DNA of 43,047 bases from an uncultured delta proteobacterium. Lineage in GTDB: Bacteria > Desulfobacterota > Binatia > UBA9968. Position numbers and translations under genes: made by a program. The stretch is from assembly GCA_963737905.1 (NCBI GenBank), contig CAVTUQ010000033.1, positions 1-43,047 on the forward strand. Direction: 5' to 3'. The notes under the pieces were generated by a model. The model did no database searches. It was not told the origin of the DNA and was given only the letters and a program-made list of their open reading frames with translations. Below, piece by piece: positions 29,850-39,238 of this stretch. Positions within the stretch are counted from its first letter, which is position 1. The number at the start of each line of letters is the position of its first letter.

Positions 29850-30682
29850 CTAGCGCAGATTGGCTTTGGCTACAAATTCGCCAAGCTCACGGTTAAATCG
29901 TGGCGCATCTTCCCAAAACGGCATGTGCCCGCCCGCTCGTAAAGAGACACCTGAGCATTAGCTACAACACTTTCGGTATAGCGGGCCATGGGTACGAGTG
30001 CCACCCGATCTTCCACACCATGGGTAACGAGCACCGGCACCTTGATCTTCCTGAGGGTCGCTTCATAGGCCGCCGGCCGATGCAAAAGATGGCGGCGCAC
30101 CGTAGCGGGAACCACCATGTTAGAGGCAAGCATCATTTCCATCTCGTCCGGCGGCAGGGCTTTGACCGTCGAGAACCGTAGAAAGGACCGCGTGCTCTCA
30201 ATATTTTCCGCCAGGTTTTCTGACACCATCTTGATTACCGCCGGCGTTGCGGGACCGAGTAACTCCGGAACAACTTTTGTAAACGCACCGACAAAGTTGA
30301 TCCCGGCGATATTTTTGTCGCCGTATTCCATTAGATATTCGACGACGATCCGGCCGCCATAGGACCAACCGACCAGCACCGGGCGCTTGAGCTTGGCTCC
30401 TTCAATCACAGCGTTCAGTTCTTCGGCCCAACGCTTGTGATCTCGGTAGTGTGCCGCATCAAGGGGTTTCTCCGAAGCGCCATGGCCGCGGATGTCGTAA
30501 GTGATGATCCTAAATGATTTCATCAACTCGCTGCCGAATTGGCGCGACCAAGACAGATGGCTCTGCGAAAAGCCGTGAATCAACAAGATCTCAAGTCCGT
30601 TGGGATTACCCCATTCTTGCGCGGAGATCATCACGCCGTCAGGTGTTCGAACTTTGAATGTTGTGGATTCCGCTTGAGCCAT
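29850..30682 (-). CDS. Alpha/beta hydrolase (non-heme chloroperoxidase-like), frameshift near 29930
   Basis: LLIHGFSQ, YDIRGHGAS, VGWSYGG, VTHGVED; the catalytic GHMPFWEDAPRFNREL lies in the shifted frame. Confidence 0.85.
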
Positions 30683-30712
30683 CCCAAGGGCCAGAAGACA
30701 ACAACGAGTTAC

Positions 30713-30797
30713 TCACCACGAAGGTCGCGAAGGACACGAAGAACCGGATAACGAGAGGGCACCTGAATCTGAAACAAAACTTTTTCCTTCGTGCTCT
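30713..30797. repeat. REP-like palindrome of CACGAAG (9-bp period) units, right arm interrupted by IS110
   Basis: Left arm CACCACGAAGGTCGCGAAGGACACGAAG; the right arm starts CTTCGTGCTCT at 30787-30797 and resumes CTTCGTGGT at 32346-32354. Confidence 0.8.
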
Positions 30798-30825
30798 CCT
30801 TAGAAAATTTGGCTGGGGGTGGGGC

Positions 30826-32100
30826 TTACGCTGCATCAGCCATAGGTGAAAGTTCCACTTCTTGTCCGAGTTCTTGGAGTCTTCGGACATGGTAACGAAT
30901 ACGTTGTTGAGGATTGAGTTTATCAAAGTAATCAACACCAAGATCCTGGTAGGGCTTGTCATCGCGGAGCATGAAATAGACAGTCACGAGCAGGCTGTGC
31001 TTGACGGCGCCGATGGCGCGTTTTTTTCCACGCCGGCCCGCCAGACGATGGTACTGCGCTTTGAAATAGCTGTTTTTGGTACGTACCGCCGCGTGCGCCA
31101 TCTCGGTCAGCACCGCGTCGAGGTGACGGTTGGCAGCGGGGGTTTTGCCGCTGCGCCGTTTGCCGGCACTTTCATGGTTACCCGGACAGCGGCCCGCCCA
31201 AGAGGCAAAGTGCTTGTGGCTCGGGAATCGACTCATGTCAGTCCCGGTTTCCGCCAACAGTGCTCTAGCCCCACGCTCGCCCACCCCCGCCATCGCATCG
31301 AGCTGCTCTACGGCGGCACGAAACGAGGGGGGCGCTACCGCCCCCAGCCGCTCGCTCACGCTGGCGATCTCCTTTTCGAGAAAGTCGTACTGTCCGAGCA
31401 ACTGCCGCAACAAAAAGCGGTGATGCTCGGTCAGCTCTCCTTCCAAAGCGCGCTGCAACTCGGGAATCTTGCCGCGAAGCTGGCGCTGGGCCAGATCCGC
31501 CAGCACGGTAACGTCCTTTTCCCCCGCAATCAGCGCTTCAATCATCTTGCGCCCCGACACCCCCAACACATCACTGGCCACCGAGCCCAACTTGATGTTG
31601 GCGGTCTCCAACACCTTCTGGATCCGGTTGTCGACAGCATTTCGCTGCTGCACCAGCTTGGTTTGTTGGCGGGTCAGATCGCGCAGCTCCCGCTGCTCGC
31701 GGTCGGGGACAAAACTCGGCCTGAGCAGCCCACACTGCAACAGCTGCGCTATCCACTCCGCGTCCTTCATGTCGGTCTTTCTCCCAGGCACCTTCTTGAT
31801 GTGCTGGGCGTTGACCACCCACACCTGAAAATGGCCTTCGAGCAGGTTGAACACCGGCTGCCAGTACACCCCCGTCGACTCCATCGCCACATGCGTCACT
31901 TTCAGCTCCGCCAACCACTGGCGCAACTCCAAAAGATCCGCCGCCATCGTGCCGAACTTGCGCAGCGTGCTCTGCACCGTGCCATCCTTCGAATCCAGGA
32001 TGCGCACGCACGCCACCACCAGTTTCTTGTGCACGTCCAATCCACACACACGCGCAAACAGCGCCTGCAGCCCCGCAAGGCTACTCTTCTTCTTGCTCAT
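30826..32100 (-). CDS. IS110 family transposase/recombinase
   Basis: DEDD RuvC-like domain (CGLDVHKK, AMESTG, RKTDMKDA) and C-terminal Tnp domain (GVG...A, FPSHKHFASWAG, ESAGK); RBS GGGGAG. Confidence 0.95.
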   Translation of the reverse strand: MSKKKSSLAGLQALFARVCGLDVHKKLVVACVRILDSKDGTVQSTLRKFGTMAADLLELRQWLAELKVTHVAMESTGVYWQPVFNLLEGHFQVWVVNAQHIKKVPGRKTDMKDAEWIAQLLQCGLLRPSFVPDREQRELRDLTRQQTKLVQQRNAVDNRIQKVLETANIKLGSVASDVLGVSGRKMIEALIAGEKDVTVLADLAQRQLRGKIPELQRALEGELTEHHRFLLRQLLGQYDFLEKEIASVSERLGAVAPPSFRAAVEQLDAMAGVGERGARALLAETGTDMSRFPSHKHFASWAGRCPGNHESAGKRRSGKTPAANRHLDAVLTEMAHAAVRTKNSYFKAQYHRLAGRRGKKRAIGAVKHSLLVTVYFMLRDDKPYQDLGVDYFDKLNPQQRIRYHVRRLQELGQEVELSPMADAA

Positions 32101-32119
32101 AGACGCTCCCCCTTTCTTT

Positions 32120-32280
32120 CGGTGCTCCCAGGGGACATCCGGCTTATTCGATTCTCCTTCGCGTGCTCTCGTCGGCAGACAACAAGGCGACAATCTGAGG
32201 CGCCGAAGGATGTCCCGGATCACACTTCGTGTCGGGCTCTCGCGCTCCAATCACTTACCGATCTCTTCGCTGGGGCACCG
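32120..32280 (-). ncRNA. Candidate IS110 bridge RNA
   Basis: Outer stem 32120-32131/32270-32280 encloses two hairpin domains (GGGACATCC 32132-32140 with GGATGTCCC 32208-32216; GATC 32218/32260) that contain matches to the element junctions. Confidence 0.6.
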
Positions 32281-32360
32281 CCCCCTTATTACCTCAACCC
32301 TCCCCCATTTTCATCTTCTGTGGGCGAGCGTAAGATCATGAATCACTTCGTGGTCATCCG

Positions 32361-32735
32361 TTAGTGCACGGACTTGCTACCGACGGTCGTAACCGTGATA
32401 TGCGACATCGGCGAATCCGCTTTCGCGCCGTGCCAGTGCCGCTCGCCGGATTTGATGTGCACGACGTCGCCGACGGTTATCTCGCGCTCTTCCTTCTCCG
32501 TTGCAACCATGCCCCGCCCGGATGTAACCACCAAGATCTGATCGCAGTCGTGGGTATGCCATCCGGTGGTGGCGCCTTCGCGGAAGTTCACCACGTTGCA
32601 GCGAAAGTTATCGGATTGGCCGTCGCCGATGATCGCTTGCCGCGTCCGGCTGACGGGTCCCCCTTTCCATCCGGCAATGGGCGTAGCGCTGTCCATGGGG
32701 TTTTCCGGCAGATCATGAATTTTGAGTACGCGCAT
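32361..32735 (-). CDS. Cupin domain protein
   Basis: TGWHTHDCDQILVVTSGRG...GDVVHIKSGERHWHGA. Confidence 0.85.
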   Translation of the reverse strand: MRVLKIHDLPENPMDSATPIAGWKGGPVSRTRQAIIGDGQSDNFRCNVVNFREGATTGWHTHDCDQILVVTSGRGMVATEKEEREITVGDVVHIKSGERHWHGAKADSPMSHITVTTVGSKSVH

Positions 32736-32891
32736 GTTTCGCCTCCTTCTTTTTTTCCTATGAGCCTTGTAGCACATTGCTGGACTCTTGTGTTAGCGCA
32801 TGATTGCACATGGGTATCGACTTGAGCTAAACAAGTTCCAAACTATCGGTGAGACCGAAGGATCGACCCTATTTTTTCAAAAAAGGACAAC

Positions 32892-33341
32892 ATGACACAG
32901 TGGCGCCATGCGGCTAACGCTGCCTTGATTCCTTTGTTCGTCATACTTTTCGGTCATTCTGCCTGGGCTGAAATCGGACAAATCAAGAATGTCACCGGAC
33001 AAGTCTTTCTCTCGCGGAATAACGTACAACAGCCCGCCAAGACTGGGGACCTAATCGAACAAGCGGACGTGCTGACAACCGGACCCAATGGTAGCGTCGG
33101 AATCACCTTCATTGATAATACCCGCTTCTCTGCCGGACCCAATAGTCGGATCGAGCTCAAGCAATTTCGTTTTAATCCCACCACCCAAGAAGGCGAATTC
33201 CTGACCGACATGCAACAGGGAACCTTGGCAATCGTCTCTGGCCAGATCGCGAAGCGCTCTCCGGACGCCATGAAAGTGAAAACTCCGACCACTATTCTCG
33301 GCGTCCGTGGCACGACGTTCGCGGTCAAAATTGACCAGTAA
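32892..33341 (+). CDS. Secreted FecR-domain protein
   Basis: Signal peptide ending HSAWA; DVLTTGPNGSVGITFIDNT, GPNS, VKTPTTILGVRGT. Confidence 0.85.
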   Translation: MTQWRHAANAALIPLFVILFGHSAWAEIGQIKNVTGQVFLSRNNVQQPAKTGDLIEQADVLTTGPNGSVGITFIDNTRFSAGPNSRIELKQFRFNPTTQEGEFLTDMQQGTLAIVSGQIAKRSPDAMKVKTPTTILGVRGTTFAVKIDQ

Positions 33342-33360
33342 GCGAAGGCGTCAAAGCACG

Positions 33361-33972
33361 GTGATTCCACGGACGAACAGATTCTTTCGCTATGGCGTAG
33401 CTTGCATGGGAACGCTGCTGCTGGCGGCCTGCAGCGCCACTAAAACGCTCGTCGTGCTGCTGCCCGAAGAAAGCGGCGGTAGCGGCGCCGTGACTGTGGG
33501 GGAAGGGACACGCGCGGCAGTTCTGGATGCCCCGCTTACTGCCGCCACTGTCGATACGCGCGGAATTATCGACAAGGTGGTTGTCACACAGGAAGAGGTG
33601 CAGCGAACCTTTGGCGAAGCCCTGGCTGCGCAGCCTCCCAAGCCCGTGAGTTTCACGCTCTATTTCGATATTGCCAGCACGGAAGTCACCCCGGATTCCC
33701 AACCGATCTTGGAAGCGCTGTTTGCGGAAGTTACTAAGCGGGAAGCCGTCGAGGTGCAGGTGACCGGTCATACCGATCGGGTCGGCACCGACGCAAACAA
33801 CGACCGTTTGTCTTTAGAGCGAGCCCAAGCCGTGCGGGATATGTTGATACAACGCGGTCTGAAAACCAGCTTCATTCGCGCCGTCGGACGAGGGGAACGA
33901 GAGCCGCTGATACCGACGCCGGACGAGCAGCCGGAGGTGCGAAATCGGCGCGTTGAAGTGATTGTCCGCTAG
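33361..33972 (+). CDS. OmpA-family lipoprotein
   Basis: LLLAAC lipobox; LYFD, VTGHTDRVG, NDRLSLERA, GRGEREP, NRRVEV. Confidence 0.9.
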   Translation: MIPRTNRFFRYGVACMGTLLLAACSATKTLVVLLPEESGGSGAVTVGEGTRAAVLDAPLTAATVDTRGIIDKVVVTQEEVQRTFGEALAAQPPKPVSFTLYFDIASTEVTPDSQPILEALFAEVTKREAVEVQVTGHTDRVGTDANNDRLSLERAQAVRDMLIQRGLKTSFIRAVGRGEREPLIPTPDEQPEVRNRRVEVIVR

Positions 33973-36143
33973 ACTGATGGAGCTATTGGAAGCGCAGCCA
34001 AACGAATCGCCATGATGGTGATATCGTCAGATGACGCGGCGCCGGCGGTGAAACTCTTCACGTCTGCATAGAGTCCCGCGCAAGCAGCCACAACACTAAG
34101 CGGCCGTCCTTCCGCGGTTGAAAAGTACGCCAGAGCTCGCGCCAAGCCGTAAAAATTTTGTTCCGCGTCCTCGGCTTCGGTAACCCCGTCCGTGATAATA
34201 ATGAGCATATCATTTGGTTGAAGCTGGAGCCGTTCAGTGGTGTAAGGGAAATCTTCGTCAACGCATAGCGGCGGCCCGCCGGTGTCATTGAGAGAGCGTG
34301 GGGGCTCGTCGGCCCGTAGCAGAATCGGCGCGTCGTGGCCCGCGCTACAGAATTGCATCTCCCCTGTGCGAACATTGAGGATACCGACGCTGGCGGTCAC
34401 GAACTGCGACGCCGGGTTTTCCCGGGAGATCTCTCCGTTCACCAAACGCAGGAGCGCGTCCAATGGCACATGCTCACGCCGTGCAAGGCTCTTGCAGAGA
34501 GTTTTACTCAAGGCCATGAACAATGACGCCGGAACGCCTTTGCCGGAGACGTCGCCCACGATAAAGAAAAAGTGATCTTCGTCGAGCATAAAAGCATCGT
34601 ACAGATCGCCTCCTACTTCGAGCGCCGGCTCCAGCATCGCATGGAATTCCAGGTGAGCGGGCAGCCCCTTAATGGATCCGGGAGCGGGCAACATGCCCAT
34701 CTGAATCTCACGCGCCGCCTGGAGTTCGCCGGCCATACGGGAGCGTTCGATTCTTTCCGCCGCCAATAGAGCGTCTAGTTCCCGCCGGCGGCGGTTCGCG
34801 GCAGAAAGTCCCGACGTGAGCAGCACCACGAGAATCAGTAAATTTCCAGCCGTAGCAAATGACGGATCATAGAGCGTCTTAGCGTGGAAAAAAGCGACAA
34901 GACTAGCCATCCATACGATGATCGCCCCAGCCAAGAAAATCATTACGCCATAGCCGGGCCCGGCGCGGGGCAGCAGGATGATCAGTGCAGTCGCCATCGC
35001 AAGAAAGGCCAAAAGCTCGAGCCATGTGGTACCAGGCGGGCGTTTTAGTCGTGTCCCACCAAGAATATTTTCAATGAGCTGGGCATGGATCTCCACGCCG
35101 TCCATGCGTGTCGCGATCGGTGTTGCCGCCACATCGGCGACACCGATGGCTGTTGCACCGATAATCGCCACTTGATTGGCGAACGCGTTGGGCGCGACCT
35201 CTCCAGCTAGGATGGCCCGCGCCGACACGCGCCGGGCGGCATAGGCCGGCGTGAAATGAAGCCGTATCCGTCCGTCCGAGTCGGTTGGAATGAACGAGGT
35301 GCCGATTTGGACGCCGTCGATACCGTTGCGGCTGCTCCGGACACCGTATCGGGGTTGTCCGGTGGCCACACGTAACAGTTCGAGCGCAAAGGAAGGAGCC
35401 GTTTCACCATTCACTGCGATCACCAACGGCATGCTTCGCACCACCCCGTCTGTATCCCGGGTCTCGTTGAGGTATCCCCGCCCGGATGCCGCGGCCTCGA
35501 TCTCCGGAAGGTTTGTGAGGTGTCGCGTGTAGGACTCAAGATGAGAGACCGGATTTTCACCCACGATCACCACCGGAGTTTGGCTATTCTGGGGAGCGTC
35601 TCGAGCTTCGTCGTCGGCGATCCCCGCACGCGCGATCACCGTAGGAATCCGGCGCAAGGTCTGCGCCAAAATAACATCGTTGGAAGGCAATTCGGCGAGG
35701 GTATTCTGTAATGCCGGACTCACATCTTGACGGTCGACGAGGAGTCCACTTGGGGACAGGCTATCCGCTTCCGGCATGATAATGTCGAGCCCCACCGCCA
35801 TAGCGCCGGCACGGCGGGTTGCCTCGATCAGCCGGGCCAAGCGCGTGCGTGGCCAGGGCCAGCGCCCCAAGGCAGCCAGGCTCGCATCGTCGATATCCAC
35901 AATGACAACAGGGTAGTGTGAGATCTCTCTGGGCATAAGCCGCTGATACGCATCGAAGAGTAGATTGCGTATCGGGCTCCACGCGCGCTCACCCAATGCT
36001 ATATGAAATACCGCCAGCAACGCCGCGAGCGCGATGGCTGCGGGGCGTCCCTCTCCCCTGGTGAACCAGAGAACCACCGAGGTGGACGACCAGCCACGGG
36101 CTGAAATGTCCTTTGAGTCTGCGGCAGCCCTCGCCACGGGCAA
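33969..36143 (-). CDS. CHASE2 sensor fused to a SpoIIE/PP2C serine phosphatase
   Basis: VVIVDIDDASLAALGRWPWPR, DTDGVVR, GVEIHAQ, three TM helices; AREIQMGMLP, VGGDLYD, GDVSGKGVPA, SAGH, TDGVTEA, DDITI. Confidence 0.9.
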   Translation of the reverse strand: MPVARAAADSKDISARGWSSTSVVLWFTRGEGRPAAIALAALLAVFHIALGERAWSPIRNLLFDAYQRLMPREISHYPVVIVDIDDASLAALGRWPWPRTRLARLIEATRRAGAMAVGLDIIMPEADSLSPSGLLVDRQDVSPALQNTLAELPSNDVILAQTLRRIPTVIARAGIADDEARDAPQNSQTPVVIVGENPVSHLESYTRHLTNLPEIEAAASGRGYLNETRDTDGVVRSMPLVIAVNGETAPSFALELLRVATGQPRYGVRSSRNGIDGVQIGTSFIPTDSDGRIRLHFTPAYAARRVSARAILAGEVAPNAFANQVAIIGATAIGVADVAATPIATRMDGVEIHAQLIENILGGTRLKRPPGTTWLELLAFLAMATALIILLPRAGPGYGVMIFLAGAIIVWMASLVAFFHAKTLYDPSFATAGNLLILVVLLTSGLSAANRRRRELDALLAAERIERSRMAGELQAAREIQMGMLPAPGSIKGLPAHLEFHAMLEPALEVGGDLYDAFMLDEDHFFFIVGDVSGKGVPASLFMALSKTLCKSLARREHVPLDALLRLVNGEISRENPASQFVTASVGILNVRTGEMQFCSAGHDAPILLRADEPPRSLNDTGGPPLCVDEDFPYTTERLQLQPNDMLIIITDGVTEAEDAEQNFYGLARALAYFSTAEGRPLSVVAACAGLYADVKSFTAGAASSDDITIMAIRLAALPIAPSV

Positions 36144-36146
36144 TTC

Positions 36147-37112
36147 CTACAGCTGGAGGACCAAGCCGTCATACGCACTGGAGACCTGCAGCGCGTCATT
36201 CTTCTCACGCACGATTTCCTCATAGCGCTTGGTTTCTTGGAGTACGGTATCGATTGTTTCGTCGCTGTAGGCCGGCTCGTGGTGGAACATACAATAGTGC
36301 TTCACGCGGGCGCGCACGCACAGATCAACCCCAACCACGTTGCTAGAGTGCCCCCAATCCTGCCTGATAGTGATCATGTCGCTAAGCGAATACATCGCAT
36401 CGAAAATCACCAGGTCTGCGCCGCGATAAAAGTCGATCATGGCTTCGGTTTCGGTTTCTGATCGCAACTTATGTTCGCCATCGGTGGAATAGACAACCGC
36501 TTTGCCGTCCTTCTCGAACCGGTAGCCGTAGGAATCACCATGATGGGGCTGTAGTTTTGCCTTGACGCGAAACCCATCGATCTCGTGCCAATGGTCGGGC
36601 TCCAGATGGACAAAGTTAATCGTCGCCGCCAATTGCTCCCACTGCACCGGAAAGCAAGGGTCTGAATGTTGGCGATGGAAAGCCTCTTCGAGAACCACAA
36701 GCGCATGAGCGCCATGAATACGAATGGTGTTCCCTGGTATGTACGCAGGCGGAAAAAACGGAAACCCCATGATGTGATCCCAATGGACGTGAGACATGAA
36801 AAAATTATAGATCTGGGGCTTGCCTGGGCCGTGATCCTGCATGACCTGTTGTCCTAAACAGCGCAGGCCGGAACCCATATCGCATACCGTGTAGTTTTTA
36901 CCGTCAATGATTTCCACGCACGCAGAATTGCCGCCATAACTATGCCGGATGGAAAAATCCAGCTCGGCATCGATAAACCGCTCGATAGCCGCATCGCTAT
37001 CGAATTGCCGGCCGTTCGCTTGGTGCAGGGCGTGTTTGATTTTTTGCCGGACTTCTTCGCCGCTCGGCGCTACAGGAAGGGATCCTCGCGTCCCCCAAAA
37101 CCGTACCTGCAT
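36147..37112 (-). CDS. MBL-fold metallo-hydrolase (possible phosphodiesterase)
   Basis: MQVRFWGTRGS, YGGNSACV, SHVHWDHIMGFPFF, STDGEH, WGHS, FHHEP. Confidence 0.85.
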   Translation of the reverse strand: MQVRFWGTRGSLPVAPSGEEVRQKIKHALHQANGRQFDSDAAIERFIDAELDFSIRHSYGGNSACVEIIDGKNYTVCDMGSGLRCLGQQVMQDHGPGKPQIYNFFMSHVHWDHIMGFPFFPPAYIPGNTIRIHGAHALVVLEEAFHRQHSDPCFPVQWEQLAATINFVHLEPDHWHEIDGFRVKAKLQPHHGDSYGYRFEKDGKAVVYSTDGEHKLRSETETEAMIDFYRGADLVIFDAMYSLSDMITIRQDWGHSSNVVGVDLCVRARVKHYCMFHHEPAYSDETIDTVLQETKRYEEIVREKNDALQVSSAYDGLVLQL

Positions 37113-37164
37113 AGATCCTCCAAGAACAATGCACGCCGCCGCAAACGCAAATGCGCTACGTCTC

Positions 37165-37590
37165 TCAACGCGGCAAACGGGCCGTAACGCGTAAAATGTT
37201 TCGGTCGCCTTCGCGACAATAACTGACTTTATCCACCATGGCGCGGATGAGTGGGATTCCCAAGCCACCCACCTGACGCTCGTTCACCTCGACTGTGAGG
37301 TCGGGAGTCGGCAAAGCCAGGATGTTAAACGGCTTTCCACTATCAATGAATTCCACGCATAGGTTTTCCGCATCCGCGCGTACGCAACGGATCTCGACCT
37401 CGCCGCGCGCGTCGCTATAGGCATGCCGGCAAATATTCACCAACACCTCTTCAACAACCAGCTCCATTTCCCGCACGCGAGCGGGCGGAAACCCAGCCGC
37501 AGTCGCACAACCCAGCACAAATTCGGCACACCGCGCTATCGAATCTGTCTGTGCCTTTACGGTAAGGCTCACCCTGTCCGGCGCTGACAT
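37165..37590 (-). CDS. RsbW-like anti-sigma factor / serine kinase (HATPase)
   Basis: ELVVEEVLVNICRHAY, FIDSGKPFN, RQVGGLGIPLIRAMVD. Confidence 0.9.
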   Translation of the reverse strand: MSAPDRVSLTVKAQTDSIARCAEFVLGCATAAGFPPARVREMELVVEEVLVNICRHAYSDARGEVEIRCVRADAENLCVEFIDSGKPFNILALPTPDLTVEVNERQVGGLGIPLIRAMVDKVSYCREGDRNILRVTARLPR

Positions 37591-37597
37591 AGTGGCA

Positions 37598-37972
37598 TTA
37601 CCGATCCCCATACACAGAGGCCGCAGCCGGAGAGATGTTCTCCAAAGCCGCCCGAACGGTTGGGAACACCTCGAACACTTTATCGAAGCGGCTAATTTGA
37701 AATATTTCCTGGATCATGGGCTGCAAAGCGGCAACAACCATCTTGCCGTTTTGCTTTCGGCATTGCTTACCCGCGATCATGAGTACACTCAGGCCGGCGC
37801 TGCTGATGTAGACCAATCCACCGCAATCCAACAGCAACTTTTTCTCTTCCCCGGTGCAGCCGGTCAAGTGCGGTAACAACGCGCTTTCGAAGGCTTTGGC
37901 CGTCGTATGATCGATCCGCCCCTCGACCTGGAGCAGGACCACATTGGCAATGACCCGGGTTTTACACTCCAT
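37598..37972 (-). CDS. STAS-domain anti-sigma factor antagonist
   Basis: GRIDHTTA, YISSAGLSVL (phospho-acceptor Ser), IFQISRFDKVF. Confidence 0.9.
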   Translation of the reverse strand: MECKTRVIANVVLLQVEGRIDHTTAKAFESALLPHLTGCTGEEKKLLLDCGGLVYISSAGLSVLMIAGKQCRKQNGKMVVAALQPMIQEIFQISRFDKVFEVFPTVRAALENISPAAASVYGDR

Positions 37973-38207
37973 AGCTCCACCTCATTTCGAACGCATCAGA
38001 TCCAATGCCGTAAACAAGATCACGTCTTTCTGCCAGTTCAGTCTTGGTTTGCGCCGAGAATGCGGCGAGATGAATCGTCAGGATGATGTGTTGGTCGCAA
38101 ACGAGTACAAAGCCCAAGTGGAAGACATCGGACACCTCCGGAGAAGTTGTAGAGGGGGATGATGATCAGCGTCTCGTTCGAGACAGTCCGAGCTGCACCG
38201 CAAACTG

Positions 38208-39191
38208 TTACGGTTTCCAGCCGCTAGCTTTGAGCTCTTCGCTGGCTTTTTTCACGAAAGTTAAATCGAAGATGTCACTGACTTTGATGTCGCGTTGCAC
38301 TTTGGTAGTCTTTTTCATTGCGTCAATCATCGATTGCAAGACCTTGTCGTCGGTATAGCCATCGCGCAGGAGCAGCTTGGATTGAACGTCATAGATCAAG
38401 TTGGCCAGCTCGAGATCCTTCAACCTCAAAGCCTCGACCATGTATTTGATTGATGGCTCGCGCTTGCTGACGAAGTAATCAAGCCCTTTCAGGCTGGCGC
38501 GGATAAAACGGAATATCTTTTCCGGATTTTGTTTGATTTTTACGTCTGAAGCGGCGATTCCGCCCTCAATGAGATTCGCATAGTCGCTCGCCGCCGCGAG
38601 TTTCGTAAAGCCATCCTTTTGAGCCTTAATGCTCATCGCCGAATTAAACAGCGTTGCCTGAATGGCCTTTGTTTGCAGTGCTGGGAAGCGCACCTCGTCT
38701 CCTCCCATGACCACAAGATTGACATCTTTGGCGGGGTCCATGCCATTTTTTCTCAAGATCTCTCTAGCAACGACGGCAAGCGAGCCTTCAGGAGACATAA
38801 CCCCGATGGTTTTGCCGCGCAGTTGGGCGATCGACTTGATGCCGGGTTCAGCAATGAGATCCCATCCGGGTTTGTCTTGAAAAACTGTGAGAATCTTGAC
38901 GGGAACACTCCTGACGGCCGCTGCCAGAGCGCTGCCGGCGTTGGTGAAGAAATCGATTTCTCCGGCAAGGGCGGTCCTTATGGCGATCTCACCGCGGATG
39001 CTGAGAAGCTGCACGTCGAGTCCTTCTTCTTTCAGATACCCTTCTTTTTCAGCGATGATGATCGCAAACACGGACGGGTTCATCGAAGGATACGCGACCC
39101 GGACGTTTTCTGCGGCAAGAGAAGACTGAACGGCAAAGAGCAAAACGATCAAGCTGGCGAAAAATAATCGCCCTATTTTCCTGTGGTTCAT
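38208..39191 (-). CDS. NMT1/SsuA-type ABC substrate-binding protein
   Basis: Signal peptide; IAEKEGYLKEEGLDV, ALAGEIDF, LRGKTIGV, IFDLTFVKKA. Confidence 0.85.
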   Translation of the reverse strand: MNHRKIGRLFFASLIVLLFAVQSSLAAENVRVAYPSMNPSVFAIIIAEKEGYLKEEGLDVQLLSIRGEIAIRTALAGEIDFFTNAGSALAAAVRSVPVKILTVFQDKPGWDLIAEPGIKSIAQLRGKTIGVMSPEGSLAVVAREILRKNGMDPAKDVNLVVMGGDEVRFPALQTKAIQATLFNSAMSIKAQKDGFTKLAAASDYANLIEGGIAASDVKIKQNPEKIFRFIRASLKGLDYFVSKREPSIKYMVEALRLKDLELANLIYDVQSKLLLRDGYTDDKVLQSMIDAMKKTTKVQRDIKVSDIFDLTFVKKASEELKASGWKP

Positions 39192-39238
39192 ATCAATCTC
39201 CTTTCCATTAGCGCGCGTACAACATTCGCAAGTCTGGA

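Larger units (their letters stand above)
30798..32347 (-). mobile_element. IS110 family insertion sequence (about 1550 bp, CT core at both junctions, no TIRs)
   Basis: Removing 30798-32347 restores CTTCGTGCT-CT-TCGTGGT, complementary to the repeat's left arm; contains the transposase plus a long upstream non-coding end. Confidence 0.8.

Noticed and set aside
30862-32364. 500-aa + strand ORF
   Set aside because: Antisense shadow of the GC-rich IS110 transposase; no recognisable motifs
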